From: a virus
Taxonomy: Duplodnaviria > Caudoviricetes
IMG/VR virus record: IMGVR_UViG_3300032225_002102
Coordinates: 65,292 to 129,291 of that record
DNA length: 64,000 nucleotides
Reading direction: 5' to 3' (one strand)
The translations under genes were made by a program, and so were the position numbers. Shown in pieces: positions 1 through 11,228 of this stretch; the first letter of the stretch is position 1; the number at the start of each line of letters is the position of its first letter. Under the pieces are notes generated by a model, which saw only the letters and a list, made by a program, of their open reading frames with translations, made no database searches and was not told where the DNA came from.

Positions 1-35
1 TACATAATGAACATCCAAATTTAAGATTTTCACAA

Positions 36-2079
36 GTGCTTCAACACATGGGATTATATCAATCAGGTATTTGGTTTTATAAAGAAGATGATATTGTTTT
101 AATAGAATTAGGTGTAGAACCAAGAGAAGTTCTTTATTGGGGTAATAATTTATCTAAGAATAACAACCGATTGAAGAAAACAAATTGGATGTTAATTAAA
201 GATATGGATACAGAACACATTAAAGCTGTATTGAGTAATAATTTTACCCATAATGTAACTTATATGAAATGTTTTATTAACGAACTTAAATTAAGAAAAG
301 ATGATGTATTATAATCAATATTTATTTGTGAGTTTATTGAAATTGTATGATCCTACATTTAATAATTTAGAATATGATATACAATACAAATTAGGATTAA
401 TGCAATACAAAGATTTTGAAGAATCAAGATTTGATGTATTTGATAAAACAGAGTATGAGTGTATAACAGATTATTTAAATGATTTATATGGAAATAGGTA
501 ATATTACAATTAATATTGTAGAGTTATGTTCAGAATTAGCTTCTAAAAAATTATTAGAGCATTATCAATTTTTTAATCCTGAAAAAACAGAATATGAAAT
601 TGAAGATATGATATCGTTTGAAATTAATAATGTTATTAGTTACAAAGAAGAAGCACAAGATATGTTTAATGATTTTTATGATGATTATTGGGATTTAATT
701 ATGTCTATATCATTATGAAATATGCAAGAAAATGTAGTATCTGTAATTCAGGAATGAATAGTGGATATGTTATAAATGGAGGAGAACAATACTATTGTTC
801 AAAAGAACATTTATACAAGGTTTATTCTCCTGCTGAATGGGATAATTTATATAAAGATAATGATTCTTATTGGACTGAATGGGATCCTAAAATAGATGCT
901 GAATATGAATTAATTAATGGTGAACTACAAGAAATATGAATCAGTTTGAAAAAACAAAAAAAAGTATTGATTTAATGTTTGCAGCAGCTGTACTAATAAA
1001 TACTGCTGCTGCTCACTTTAAAACAGATAATAATCTATACAAACATAAAACTAAGAGATTAATTAACGAACTGTATAATGAAAGTGTAAGACTTTTGAAA
1101 GAAAAAAATTTAATTAGAGAAGCTCTTAGTTCTGAAGAAAATGCAAAACAACATAGTTTAAAATACAATATAGAAGTAGATCCAGAATCAGCAGTAGAAA
1201 ATTTTGAAGATAATAATGATTTATTGGTTAAGTTAATAGCTATTTATATTAAAGCTGCTGATTATTCAAAAGTAATTGATACTATGATTATAGCTAATCA
1301 GTTATTAGAAAATAAAAAAGTTTATACAGAAGTAGAATTATTAAATAAACTTAAAACTGCTGTTAACGATCATTGCAATTATAAAATTAATGAAGAAAAT
1401 TTAAAAAAGTATTTATGAAAGTATTTAATTTTAAAACTTATGATGATTTCTTAGAAAGATTTGATGGAAAAATCTATTCTATTGCTAATGATTATGATAA
1501 TTACTTATGTGATCTACATGAAGAAGATATAGATGAATTTGTAAAAAGTAAAAAAATGAGTTATTTAGATGGAGATTATTATATAACACATCAAAATTAT
1601 AAACAAGATATTTTATCAGAAGCAATTTATATAAATATAAGATGAAAAAGGAAGAATTAATTGAAAAGTATCCTGATTTAGTTAAAAAAATAGCAATAGA
1701 ATTTTGTCATAAAGTTATTTTATTAGGAGATAAAGAAGAAGAATCTTTGTGGGAAGAGTATTTAACTGAAAATAAATTTGAACCAGAGTTTTTAATACAC
1801 TGTATCAGAATTAATGAAAAACAATTATGGTTATCCCCTTCTTTAAAAGAATTTCTTTATTTAGAGGGTTTTAATGTAATTAGTTATGAATCAGGTAAAG
1901 AATTAGGTGAAATAACAGCTGTATCTTATGATAAGGTATGGTATAATATAGGTGATGAAGTTTCATATAATCTTAAAGAATACATTATTGTTAAATTTGA
2001 TGGGGAAATTGTAATAATTAAAAGAAAAGATGATGAAAATTATATTTATGTACATATTTCTAATATAGGTAAAATTTAA
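36..2079 (+). CDS. Cluster of 7 short overlapping hypothetical phage genes (36-314, 301-501, 479-718, 688-939, 936-1418, 1415-1645, 1642-2079)
   Basis: Tightly coupled ORFs with ATGA-type overlaps. 688-939 has CxxC and 'GGEQYYCS'. No recognisable family. Confidence 0.7.
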
Positions 2080-2092
2080 ATAAAAAATAAAT

Positions 2093-3421
2093 GTGGAAAT
2101 ACTTAAACTAACAAAAGAAGATGAAGAAGAAATTTTAAAAATACCTTCTTCTAACATTAATGGTAGAAAAACATATTATCAAAAGTTAGTAGTTAATTAT
2201 TTTATTTTACATAAGAGAGTATTAGCTAATCTTTTTACGAGAGCAGGAAAATCTTATCTTACATTAGATGCTATTCAAAGATATAGAACTAAATATCAAG
2301 ATAAGATTTGTATTGTAGCTCCAAGTTCTAATATTATTGTTGATTGGAAGAAACTACTTAATCATATAGATAATATTGAGTACTATGTTATTAATTCTTA
2401 TACTATTGGAGATGTTAAAATTGATAAAAAGTATGGAATGTTTGTATTAGATGAAGCAGATGTTGCTCTTGGAGAAAGTTCCATTTGGTTTAGTACTACA
2501 ATACCTTCTACTCAATTTGATTATTTTTTAGCTTTATCTGGAACAATGGGTAAAGAAAAAATAGAAAAGCTACAATCTTTAGGTATAAATCATTCTTTTG
2601 AAATACCTCTTAAAACAGGTTATAAACTTGGAGTAGTTCCAGAATTTATTACTTATAATATTCCTGTTGAACTAACTAATAGTGAAAGAGAATCTTATAT
2701 AAAAGCAAATAACAACTATAATAATCAAATAGAATTCTTTAGTAAGTTTTCAGAAAGATCAACTGCTTATTTTATAAGTTGTATTTTACAGAATAAATCT
2801 TTGAAGTATGAAGGTAGATTTTTGAATAGAGATCAATTAATCTTTATAATGATGGATAAACTTCAAACTACTAAAGGTAATATCTTTATTAGAGCTAAAC
2901 TTTGGAGAGAAGCTATGATGGAAAGAACTAAAATTTTACATCACGCAGAAAACAAATTAAGAGCTGTAGAAAGCTTTTGTAGTTCAATTGAAGGTAATGC
3001 TTTAATCTTTGCATATAAAACAGATATAGCTGATTTATTAGCTGAAAAAATAGGTGGTAAATCACTTCATTCAAAGTTAACTGCTAAGAAAAGAGAATTA
3101 TTAAAAGAAGAATTTGCTAACAAAAAATTTAGATTCCTTACTACTTGTAAATCACTTGATAGAGGTTATACTGCTGATGTAGATTACATTATTAGTACTA
3201 CATTTGATAGTTCAATAGAAAGAAGTAATCAACGTACTGGAAGAGGAATGTTACTTACAAAAGAAAATGCAGATAAAGTACTTAGAATTATTAATTTTTA
3301 TGTAAATGATTTTCAACACGAAGGTAAAAAAGTAACTTCTTCCGATAGAAATTGGGTAGAAAAATCACAAATTGGACAAAGTTTTGTTGAATGGATTAAC
3401 AATGTAAATGAAATAAGATGA
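2093..3421 (+). CDS. Superfamily 2 (DExD-box) helicase
   Basis: Walker A-like TRAGKS, VLDEAD (motif II), LSGT (III), QRTGR (VI). Confidence 0.85.
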   Translation: MEILKLTKEDEEEILKIPSSNINGRKTYYQKLVVNYFILHKRVLANLFTRAGKSYLTLDAIQRYRTKYQDKICIVAPSSNIIVDWKKLLNHIDNIEYYVINSYTIGDVKIDKKYGMFVLDEADVALGESSIWFSTTIPSTQFDYFLALSGTMGKEKIEKLQSLGINHSFEIPLKTGYKLGVVPEFITYNIPVELTNSERESYIKANNNYNNQIEFFSKFSERSTAYFISCILQNKSLKYEGRFLNRDQLIFIMMDKLQTTKGNIFIRAKLWREAMMERTKILHHAENKLRAVESFCSSIEGNALIFAYKTDIADLLAEKIGGKSLHSKLTAKKRELLKEEFANKKFRFLTTCKSLDRGYTADVDYIISTTFDSSIERSNQRTGRGMLLTKENADKVLRIINFYVNDFQHEGKKVTSSDRNWVEKSQIGQSFVEWINNVNEIR

Positions 3422-3801
3422 AAAAGAAAATTTGCAGTTTGTGTAATTTAGAAACGTTTCTTTTTAAATCTAATCCAAAACTTTGTAAAACATGTTATCA
3501 GAAATCTTATAATAAACCTATTAATAAGGTTTCTGATAAACATAAAGAAACTTTGAAAGAGTATAAGCCTTTGAGAGAAGAGTTTCTAAAACAAAATCCT
3601 AATTGTCAACTAAAGCTACAAGGTTGCAGTTTTATAGCTACAACAGTGGAGCATCGTATGGGGAAAGCATATAAAGAATTGTATCTTGATAATTCAAAAT
3701 GGTTCGCATCATGTTTAAATTGTAATCAGCAAATCGAGAATCTTGGAAAGTTAGCTTATGAAAAAGGTTTAAAAATTCATAAAAATCAAATAAATGAATG
3801 A
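3418..3801 (+). CDS. HNH endonuclease-like Zn-binding protein
   Basis: N-terminal CxxC..CxxC, then CQLKLQGC..TVEH..ASCLNCN. Confidence 0.7.
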   Translation: MKKKICSLCNLETFLFKSNPKLCKTCYQKSYNKPINKVSDKHKETLKEYKPLREEFLKQNPNCQLKLQGCSFIATTVEHRMGKAYKELYLDNSKWFASCLNCNQQIENLGKLAYEKGLKIHKNQINE

Positions 3802-3834
3802 AATATCATTCACAAATAAGTAAAACAGTTAATA

Positions 3835-4116
3835 TTGTATGATAACTCATTCAAAATGCAAATAGAATTAACAGAAGCATTTAAACAGTTAAATCTTAAT
3901 AAGTATCCATCTTCTGTACATAAAGTTATTTTGTATATTTTATTAAATAAACCAGAAGATGATAATAGAGTTAAAATTAGAGTACGTGAATCTTATAGTA
4001 AAGTAGGTTTAACAATACCTACATTGGTATGTGCTATTAAAAAGTTAAGAGAAGTAGGATTTATAGAAAAAATTGGACAATCAGAATTTTTAATTAACTC
4101 AAAATATATAAAATAA
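3835..4116 (+). CDS. Small winged-HTH (RepL-like) DNA-binding protein
   Basis: GLTIPTLVCAIKKLREVGFIEKIG..FLIN winged-helix pattern. Confidence 0.55.
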   Translation: MYDNSFKMQIELTEAFKQLNLNKYPSSVHKVILYILLNKPEDDNRVKIRVRESYSKVGLTIPTLVCAIKKLREVGFIEKIGQSEFLINSKYIK

Positions 4117-4121
4117 TAACT

Positions 4122-4301
4122 ATGGAATCTGCTTTAGATGCTCTTAAACATCACTTTGCTACTACGACCAGAAAACAAAGAGAGAAAGCATGGGAAGAGA
4201 TAGAATCTCTTAATTTAGAGGGAGGTATTGTGAAAAAGTATATTGAACCTAATAAAATAGAATTATTAATTGAAATTGACAAATATTTAGAAAAAAAATG
4301 A
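4122..4301 (+). CDS. Hypothetical 59-aa protein (not in ORF track)
   Basis: ATG at 4122, MESALDALKHHF...YLEKK, ATGA overlap with 4298 ORF. Confidence 0.55.
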   Translation: MESALDALKHHFATTTRKQREKAWEEIESLNLEGGIVKKYIEPNKIELLIEIDKYLEKK

Positions 4302-4745
4302 AAATTATAGTAAATTTAACACATTCATTTCACTTTGAAGATTTAACTCAAATTGAAGAATTAATAAAAAGAGATGGTTATACTAACATTAGTATAGAAT
4401 CTACACCAGAAGTTTATCAGGAATATGCAGAAGAAATTGCATTTAAAACATTTTTAGATTTTAACTCACAAGAATTAGAAGAAGGATTATTAATAACTAC
4501 TGAAATAATATAATAAAAAAAACAAATTGAAAACAAAAAAACTTAGTTTTACACAAGAAGAAGCTTCTTTAGTTAGAAGAGCTATTTATTTTTATGAAAA
4601 CTCTACATTAAAAATAATTAAAGATTTTGAAAATAGAATGAATAAAGAACCAGATCTAAAGATATTATTGGAAAGATCTAAAAGAAGGTATAAAACTCTT
4701 AATTTAGTAGATAGAAAAATAATGAAAACTCCTGTTACAATTTAA
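4298..4745 (+). CDS. Two small hypothetical proteins (4298-4513, 4527-4745)
   Basis: ORF track, co-oriented. Confidence 0.55.
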
Positions 4746-4811
4746 TAAACAAAACAGTTAGAATTCTGTTATAAAAATTCAAAACCCCTTGTATGAAAAT
4801 TAGATTATATA

Positions 4812-5447
4812 GTGATTGATATTAAAAGAGTACTCAAATATTGCAAGAATTTAAATATTCAATTTGAAGATTTTCTATTTCTTTATACTCTTAGAGTAAG
4901 AAATGAAAATCGTAAAGATGAAGATTTCTTTGAACTCACTAACTGGTATTACCAAAATTTTCAATATGTGATGATTGGGGAAAAAGTAGTACCAGTTAAT
5001 TGGAAGTTAAGAGTAGAAAAGTTAATTGAACAAGGATTTATTGAAGCTTATCCTAACTGGTATAGTAAAAAGAAAGATAATGAGTTATTAGTTGATATTC
5101 ATTTATCTAAATTAGAACTAACAGATAAGTTTAATGAGAATCTTTTTACTAATGATGTAGAAGATTGGTGGAATGAATTTATTCTTATCTATTCTCCAAG
5201 TTATTATACCGTTAATAAAGATGGTAATAGAAGTTCGATTGAAGATGTAAAACGTAAATTTTGGGAAATTAGTAATTATGGTGATAAAGGTAAACTAATG
5301 AAAATGTTAGAAATTACTAAATATTATGTTGATACAACTCCATTAAAATTAGCAGTTTCTAATTTTCTTGATGAATTTTCTGAACGTGAAAGATTGTATG
5401 ATAATTGGGTTAAAACAACTTACAAATCAAATAGAATATTATACTGA
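4812..5447 (+). CDS. Putative replication initiator/helicase-loader-like protein
   Basis: wHTH-like LIEQGFIE, then WWNEFILIY segment; lies just upstream of the DnaB-like helicase. Confidence 0.4.
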   Translation: MIDIKRVLKYCKNLNIQFEDFLFLYTLRVRNENRKDEDFFELTNWYYQNFQYVMIGEKVVPVNWKLRVEKLIEQGFIEAYPNWYSKKKDNELLVDIHLSKLELTDKFNENLFTNDVEDWWNEFILIYSPSYYTVNKDGNRSSIEDVKRKFWEISNYGDKGKLMKMLEITKYYVDTTPLKLAVSNFLDEFSERERLYDNWVKTTYKSNRILY

Positions 5448-5601
5448 TGGATATAGACGAAAAAGTAAAACTAATCTGTAGAGATAATCAATATCTTTTA
5501 GATGAAATAGAAGTAAAAGAAATTATAAAATGTTGGAAAAAAGATAGAGATTCTTTAATCAAAGTTAAAGAAGTATTAATCACAATTTTAAAAGAATAAA
5601 T

Positions 5602-6714
5602 ATGAGTTACATAAAAGCATTAGAATATATTAAGAGTAGATTAGATAATAATATTACTTCTTATCCTATATCATTAGAAAAACTAAATGGGTTTCTTGGT
5701 GGTATAAGTGAAGAAGAAATGTATTTATTATTTGGTACAACAGGTTCTTCTAAAACTAAATTAGCAATTAAATTATTTGTTATTGATTTAGTTGAGTATT
5801 GTTTTCAAAATAAAGATAAAGATATTTTTATTTACTACATTACTTTGGAACTTTCAGCAGTAGAAATTTATCTAAACATATTTTGTCATTTATTACATAA
5901 AAAAACTGGAAAGTATTATTCCATAGGTTATTTTAAAAATAAAATGACAAAACGTAAGTTAGATTTAAGTGTATTTGAAGAGTTTAAACTTGTAGAAGAT
6001 TGGTTAAAAATATTAGATGATAAAGTAATGATACTTGATCATTTAAGAACACCAACTCAAATTTATGAAGGATTGAAAAAACAACTTGATACTGTTCATG
6101 GTAAATTAGAGAAAGACGGTTTAAGAGTAGTTTATAAGAAAAATAATCCTAAAAAGTTAATTGGTGTTATTATAGATACTATAAATGCTTTTAAAAATGA
6201 ACAAAAAATGAGTAAGTATGAAACTCTTGAATTATGGTGTTCTAACTACTGTAAACAAGAATTAAAGATGCTTTATAAGTGCTTTATTCTTAATTTGCAG
6301 CAAGCTGATAAAGCTTCCACGAGCACTATGTTTTCTTATAAAGGTGAAAGAGTAGAAGAAAAGTTTATACCTACTGTTGAGAATCTTCAACATAATAAAT
6401 CAACTTCAGATTCTCATACTTGTGTAATTAGTATATTTAATCCTTCAAGACATAAAATTGGTAGTTTTGAGAATTACGATATAAATACTATTGGAAATAA
6501 CTTCAGATGGTTAACTATTCTTAAAAGTTCTCATAGTGAAGAAAATGTTTCTACCGCTATTTATATTGATAATGCTCATTTAATTACAGAAGAATTAGAA
6601 TCTGCTGATAAAAATCCAACAGGATTATATAAACAGTTAAAGAATTATGGAATTGAAGATGAAAGACTAAAAGCACAAAACAAATTATTTGGAACTCAAC
6701 AAAAATTATTATGA
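5602..6714 (+). CDS. dnaB: DnaB-like (SF4) replicative helicase
   Basis: Walker A GTTGSSKT, YITLE, Walker B IIDT, LQQ, crAss-type C-terminal FNPSRH. Confidence 0.8.
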   Translation: MSYIKALEYIKSRLDNNITSYPISLEKLNGFLGGISEEEMYLLFGTTGSSKTKLAIKLFVIDLVEYCFQNKDKDIFIYYITLELSAVEIYLNIFCHLLHKKTGKYYSIGYFKNKMTKRKLDLSVFEEFKLVEDWLKILDDKVMILDHLRTPTQIYEGLKKQLDTVHGKLEKDGLRVVYKKNNPKKLIGVIIDTINAFKNEQKMSKYETLELWCSNYCKQELKMLYKCFILNLQQADKASTSTMFSYKGERVEEKFIPTVENLQHNKSTSDSHTCVISIFNPSRHKIGSFENYDINTIGNNFRWLTILKSSHSEENVSTAIYIDNAHLITEELESADKNPTGLYKQLKNYGIEDERLKAQNKLFGTQQKLL

Positions 6715-7115
6715 AATATTTCAAATTAAATCAAACAGTATATCATTATAATCATGGTAAGGGAGTAGTAATTAGTGTAGAAAATACTTCTCCTTATTCT
6801 ATTGTAGTAAAATTTAAATTCAATACTATATCTTTTACTAAAGATGGAAAACAATTTGAAACATCTCTCATAACTCTATCTCAAAATCCAATACCCAAAA
6901 TAGTAAATGTACCTTTAGAAGAAGAATATGTACCTTTTACTTTTGAAGATAATTTATTACGTAAACAAGTAATTAGTAAGGATAAATCTATTAAAGGTGT
7001 AATTACTTATCAAGATATAAAGAAAGTTCTAATAGGTGATTACACAGAATCGTATAGAGTTTTGTTTCAAGATTATACATTTGTAGATGGAAAACCTTGT
7101 GGAAAATTAGGTTAA
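6711..7115 (+). CDS. Hypothetical protein
   Basis: ORF ends in 'FVDGKPCG', a motif typical of Bacteroidota phage small proteins. Confidence 0.6.
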   Translation: MKYFKLNQTVYHYNHGKGVVISVENTSPYSIVVKFKFNTISFTKDGKQFETSLITLSQNPIPKIVNVPLEEEYVPFTFEDNLLRKQVISKDKSIKGVITYQDIKKVLIGDYTESYRVLFQDYTFVDGKPCGKLG

Positions 7116-7168
7116 ATGGTTAATTATTAGTAATTTAGTATATTATAAAACAAAAAACAAACAAAAAA

Positions 7169-9043
7169 ATGCAGTTAAGAAAAGCAACAAGACAAGCAGC
7201 AAAATTAAAAATTGGTTTTAGTGCAGTATCGGGTGCAGGTAAAGCACAACCACTTTATTCTAAAGTTTTAACAGATTTAGGGTTTGTTGAAATGAAAGAT
7301 ATAGTTGTTGGAACAAATGTTTTTACAGCTAATGGTACTTTAACAAAAATAGTAAATGTTTTTCCACAAGGAAAGAAAAAGATTTGGGAATTTACTTTAA
7401 GTGATAATACTAAAGTTCAATCTTGTGAAGAACATTTATGGAAAACAAGTACTATTTCAGAAAGAGTTAATAATTTAAATAAAGAAGGTAGTATTAAAAC
7501 TACTTTAGAAATAGTTAATTCTTTAAAAAAAGGAAAAAAAGCAAATCATTTTATAGAATTATGTAATCCAATCCAATTTAATAAAAAAGAGTTTATTATT
7601 TCTCCTTATATAATGGGAGTGCTTTTAGGAGATGGTTGTTTTAGATCAGAAAGTCTTTTTTTCACTTCAATAGATACTGAAATAGCTACTAATGTTAGTA
7701 GTTTATTACCTACAGGATTACAATTAAAAAAAAGAGGGATTAATTATGTAATTTCAAGAGAATTATTGAATGAATCTAATAATAGAAATCCTTTTATTGA
7801 AGAACTAAGATTTTTAAATTTAATGAGCAAGAGTTCATTTGATAAATTCATTCCTTCTGATTATCTTCATAGTTCTATAGAAGATAGAATTGAGCTTTTA
7901 CAAGGTTTAATTGATACAGATGGTTCAGTTTCTAATGATGGAGAAGTAGAATATACAACTACTTCTTATCAATTAAAAGAAGATATTAAATTTTTAGTTG
8001 AATCATTAGGTGGATATTGTTCAAGTATAAAAGAAAGAAAAACTAAGTATATCTACAAAGAAGAGGTTAAAGAAGGAAAATTATCTTACAGATTAAAAAT
8101 TATTCTTCCAAATACAATAACTCCTTGTAAATTAAAAAGAAAATTAAATAAAGTTTCTTCCTATACTAAATATTTTCCAATTAGAAATATAGTTGAAGCT
8201 GTTTATATTGGAGAAATAGAAGCTCAATGTATAGAAGTAGAAGATAATTCTCATTTGTATATTACAGATAATTTTATTGTTACTCATAATACTTATGGAG
8301 CTTTATTAGTAGCTCATGGATTAGTAGGAGATTGGAGTAAAATTGCAGTAATTGATACAGAAAATGGTTCTGCTGATTTATATTCTCATTTAGGAGATTA
8401 TAATGTACTTACTTTAAATTCATTTGCTCCAGAAAAATACATTGAAGCTATTACTGCTTGTGAAAAAGCAGGAATGGAATTAGTTATTATTGATTCTATT
8501 ACACACGAATGGGATTTCTTATTACAAGTTCATTCTAAAATGGAAGGTAATTCTTATACAAATTGGAATAAAATTACTCCAAGACATGATGCATTTAAAA
8601 ATAAAATTCTACAATCTCCATGTCATATATTTACTACAGTTAGGAGAAAAACAGAATATGAAATGCAAAATGTAGCAGGACGTACTTCTATTGTTAAACT
8701 TGGTACTAAAGAAGAAACTCGTTCTGGTTTTGAGTATGAATTAACAATTAATTTTGAAATTAACGAATCTCATTTAGCAAAAGCAGGAAAAGATAGAACA
8801 GGATTATTTGTTAACAGAGATGAATTTCAATTAAATGAAGAAGTAGGAGAAGAATTAAAAGATTGGTGTAATTCAGGAAATTCTGATTCAGAAACTTCAC
8901 TTCAAATTGGATTAGTTGATATTAATAATTCATCTTCTCTTGCAGAATTAAGTAATGTATTTAGTAAACATACTTCTTTACAATTGAATCCTGTATTTAA
9001 AGAAGCTGCCTCAGCTAAAAAGAAAGAATTTATTAAAGAATAA
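7169..9043 (+). CDS. AAA_24/Sak4-like P-loop ATPase interrupted by an intein (about 275-aa mature extein)
   Basis: SGAGK|T Walker A split by the intein; IAVIDTENGS; Walker B VIIDSITHEW; GKDRTGLF. Confidence 0.88.
   Translation: MQLRKATRQAAKLKIGFSAVSGAGKAQPLYSKVLTDLGFVEMKDIVVGTNVFTANGTLTKIVNVFPQGKKKIWEFTLSDNTKVQSCEEHLWKTSTISERVNNLNKEGSIKTTLEIVNSLKKGKKANHFIELCNPIQFNKKEFIISPYIMGVLLGDGCFRSESLFFTSIDTEIATNVSSLLPTGLQLKKRGINYVISRELLNESNNRNPFIEELRFLNLMSKSSFDKFIPSDYLHSSIEDRIELLQGLIDTDGSVSNDGEVEYTTTSYQLKEDIKFLVESLGGYCSSIKERKTKYIYKEEVKEGKLSYRLKIILPNTITPCKLKRKLNKVSSYTKYFPIRNIVEAVYIGEIEAQCIEVEDNSHLYITDNFIVTHNTYGALLVAHGLVGDWSKIAVIDTENGSADLYSHLGDYNVLTLNSFAPEKYIEAITACEKAGMELVIIDSITHEWDFLLQVHSKMEGNSYTNWNKITPRHDAFKNKILQSPCHIFTTVRRKTEYEMQNVAGRTSIVKLGTKEETRSGFEYELTINFEINESHLAKAGKDRTGLFVNRDEFQLNEEVGEELKDWCNSGNSDSETSLQIGLVDINNSSSLAELSNVFSKHTSLQLNPVFKEAASAKKKEFIKE
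7244..8290 (+). mobile_element. Class 3 intein (Ala1, WCT triad) with LAGLIDADG homing endonuclease, 349 aa
   Basis: Starts AQPLYSKV; block B CEEHLW; LAGLIDADG blocks MGVLLGDG and LQGLIDTDG; block F QCIEV; block G VTHN followed by +1 Thr. Confidence 0.92.
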
Positions 9044-9063
9044 AACTCCAAAAAATAAACAAA

Positions 9064-9100
9064 TACAGCTTCCTTTGAAAAGAGGAAGCTGTAACATTTT
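9064..9100 (+). terminator. Stem-loop / probable intrinsic terminator
   Basis: TACAGCTTCCT-TTGAAAAG-AGGAAGCTGTA followed by ACATTTT. Confidence 0.6.
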
Positions 9101-9114
9101 AAATCAAACAGAAA

Positions 9115-9962
9115 ATGAAAACAACAATTAAAAACAACTTTGGTACATTAAATCATGTAACAGAATTAATTCTTAATGCTGAAATTAAATTTGGTTCAAA
9201 TTACGAAGGAAAAATATGTGCTTTCTTTGAAACAGAATTAAGACCTGCTTCTTCTGAAAGAAAAATACTTTCTATTGTATATAGTGGACATTTAAACTCC
9301 AACAGTGGAATTTCTAAAACATTTGAACAACCATTTCAAATGACAAATAAAGCATTAGAAGTTTGGAAAATATTTGTTAAAGAAGTAGAAAAAGAATTAT
9401 TAGAATATATTAAAAATAATTAATCAACAAAAACAAAAACAATATGAAATTATCACAATTCAAAGTAATTCCTCAATCAAATGTACGTAAAGGTGAAGCA
9501 TCTTTAGAAAATCTTAAACCTTTATTTGTACCAGAAATAGTTAAACCAGATTTAACATTTAATACTGAAACTGAAAAGTTTACTATTGTATTAAAACTTA
9601 TTAAAGAACAATCAGAAAATGAAGGATTTACAGCTATTACAGATGGACTTAATACATACTTAATTCGTACTTCTGATACTGATGTAAATACTGAATTACA
9701 TCCTAAATTCTTTAGAGGTAATAAAACTCAATATGCTACTTCTGATTATCTTAGATTACTTACTAAAGATTTAGGAGATAGTTTATTTTTACACGAAACT
9801 AAGATTGAACATTATCAAGCATTTTTAGTTAGTTCTTCACAAGAAGCACCTTTTGGTAAAATAGAAGAAGTTATTCAAAATGAAATTTCATACAATGAGG
9901 ATGATTTAATTTCTATTGATGATTTATTTGATGAAAAAGTTGAAGAACCTTCATTATTTTAA
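9115..9962 (+). CDS. Two hypothetical proteins (9115-9423; 9444-9962 with acidic C-tail ending EEPSLF)
   Basis: ORF track; position in the recombination/replication cluster. Confidence 0.65.
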
Positions 9963-9972
9963 TATTTTTTAT

Positions 9973-9980
9973 TATCTTTG
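9973..9980 (+). promoter_or_regulatory. Bacteroidota sigma70-type -7 element (TATCTTTG)
   Basis: Matches TAnnTTTG; lies 4 nt before a structured leader. Confidence 0.6.
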
Positions 9981-9984
9981 TTAA

Positions 9985-10073
9985 TGTTCTCATCTCACAA
10001 AATAGAACAAAATTATTTTAAGCTACTTAGAAAAGTTGAGGTGAGATGCAACTTATTTTAGGTAGCTATTTTT
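9985..10073 (+). ncRNA. Structured leader RNA: two hairpins with complementary loops (kissing loop/pseudoknot)
   Basis: TGTTCT[CATCTCACAAAAT]AGAACA and an 18-bp stem 10021-10067 with loop AGGTGAGATG; CATCTCAC and GTGAGATG are exact reverse complements. Confidence 0.65.
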
Positions 10074-10096
10074 ATCATTTATAAATACAATATAAT

Positions 10097-10705
10097 ATGT
10101 TTATCGTTCCAGAACAAACTCAAAGTAAAGCAAAACGTTTAGGTGTTCCATCTATTCCAGAATTAGGTGTGGAAGTTACAATTACAAAATATGAATATTT
10201 TCCAGCAACAGGAAATCAATTAGAGAAAGCAGTACTTACATTTGAAAATGATGAAATACCTCATTACCACGATTTTATTGCTCCAAAAGAAACTCAAATT
10301 GGAATTCGTACTTCTGAAATTAAGAACTTTTCAAAAGAATGTGGAGTTTTATTACCAGAAAAGAAAGAATTTAATTCTTACAAAGAGTTTTGTGATTATT
10401 ATTTAGCTCCAACAGTTAGTACTGAAGGTAGAGTGAAGATTGTTTATTCTAAAAATGAAGTAGTATATAATCCACAAGATGAAGCTCTTATAGGTAAATC
10501 AGAGGAAGAAATTAAAAGATTACGTAAACCTTATACTAAAACAGGTAAAATGCCTTATTTCTTCCGTAAAGGAAATGATAAGAAATTTACTATTGTAAGT
10601 AAAGGTGATCAATGGGATGATTTTGTAGATTATACAACTATTGCTAAAACTCCAGATACAGACTTTGGAGTACCAGCAATCAATGTTGATGATTTAGCAT
10701 TTTAA
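10097..10705 (+). CDS. ssb: Putative single-stranded DNA-binding protein
   Basis: Beta-rich, SSB-like C-tail NVDDLAF, located between the Sak4-like ATPase and primase. Confidence 0.6.
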   Translation: MFIVPEQTQSKAKRLGVPSIPELGVEVTITKYEYFPATGNQLEKAVLTFENDEIPHYHDFIAPKETQIGIRTSEIKNFSKECGVLLPEKKEFNSYKEFCDYYLAPTVSTEGRVKIVYSKNEVVYNPQDEALIGKSEEEIKRLRKPYTKTGKMPYFFRKGNDKKFTIVSKGDQWDDFVDYTTIAKTPDTDFGVPAINVDDLAF

Positions 10706-10725
10706 TTGTTGTTTTTTGTTTGATT

Positions 10726-10759
10726 AGAAGGAAGTATTAGAAATAGTACTTCCTTTTTT
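10726..10759 (+). terminator. Intrinsic terminator
   Basis: AAGGAAGTATTA-GAAA-TAGTACTTCCTT followed by a T-run. Confidence 0.8.
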
Positions 10760-10771
10760 AATGTTTTAAAA

Positions 10772-11220
10772 ATGAAAAAGTTTGAGTATTTAAAAACAAC
10801 TAATTCAACAGAAGAAGAATTAAATAAATTAGGTAGTATTGGTTGGGAATTAATCAGTTGTAATTTAAAATATTTAAGATTTGATGATACAAGATATAGT
10901 AAATTAGAACTAATAGAATTAGATATTATATATACTTTTAAAAGAGAGATAAATTGAAAACAGTACTTGATTATTATTCTGTAGTAGATAGATATAGATT
11001 TATATCTGATATTATAAGTACAAAAGAAATAGAGTTTGAAAATAATATTGATTGTTTTGAACAATTTTATAGATTAAATAATAGTTTAAGGTATTGTAAC
11101 GGTAGTTATTATAAATTTCAAGATAACACAATAGAAAAAGATTATAAAGATTGGTTGAAATCAGATGATTATAAAAAGAAATCTTTTAATTTGTATTATG
11201 GAAATGGTACTGTAGATTAA
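10772..11220 (+). CDS. Two small proteins (10772-10957 DUF4177-like; 10954-11220 hypothetical)
   Basis: KFEY..ELNKLGSIGWELI..YTFKRE pattern in the first. Confidence 0.55.
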
Positions 11221-11228
11221 TTTTAATT

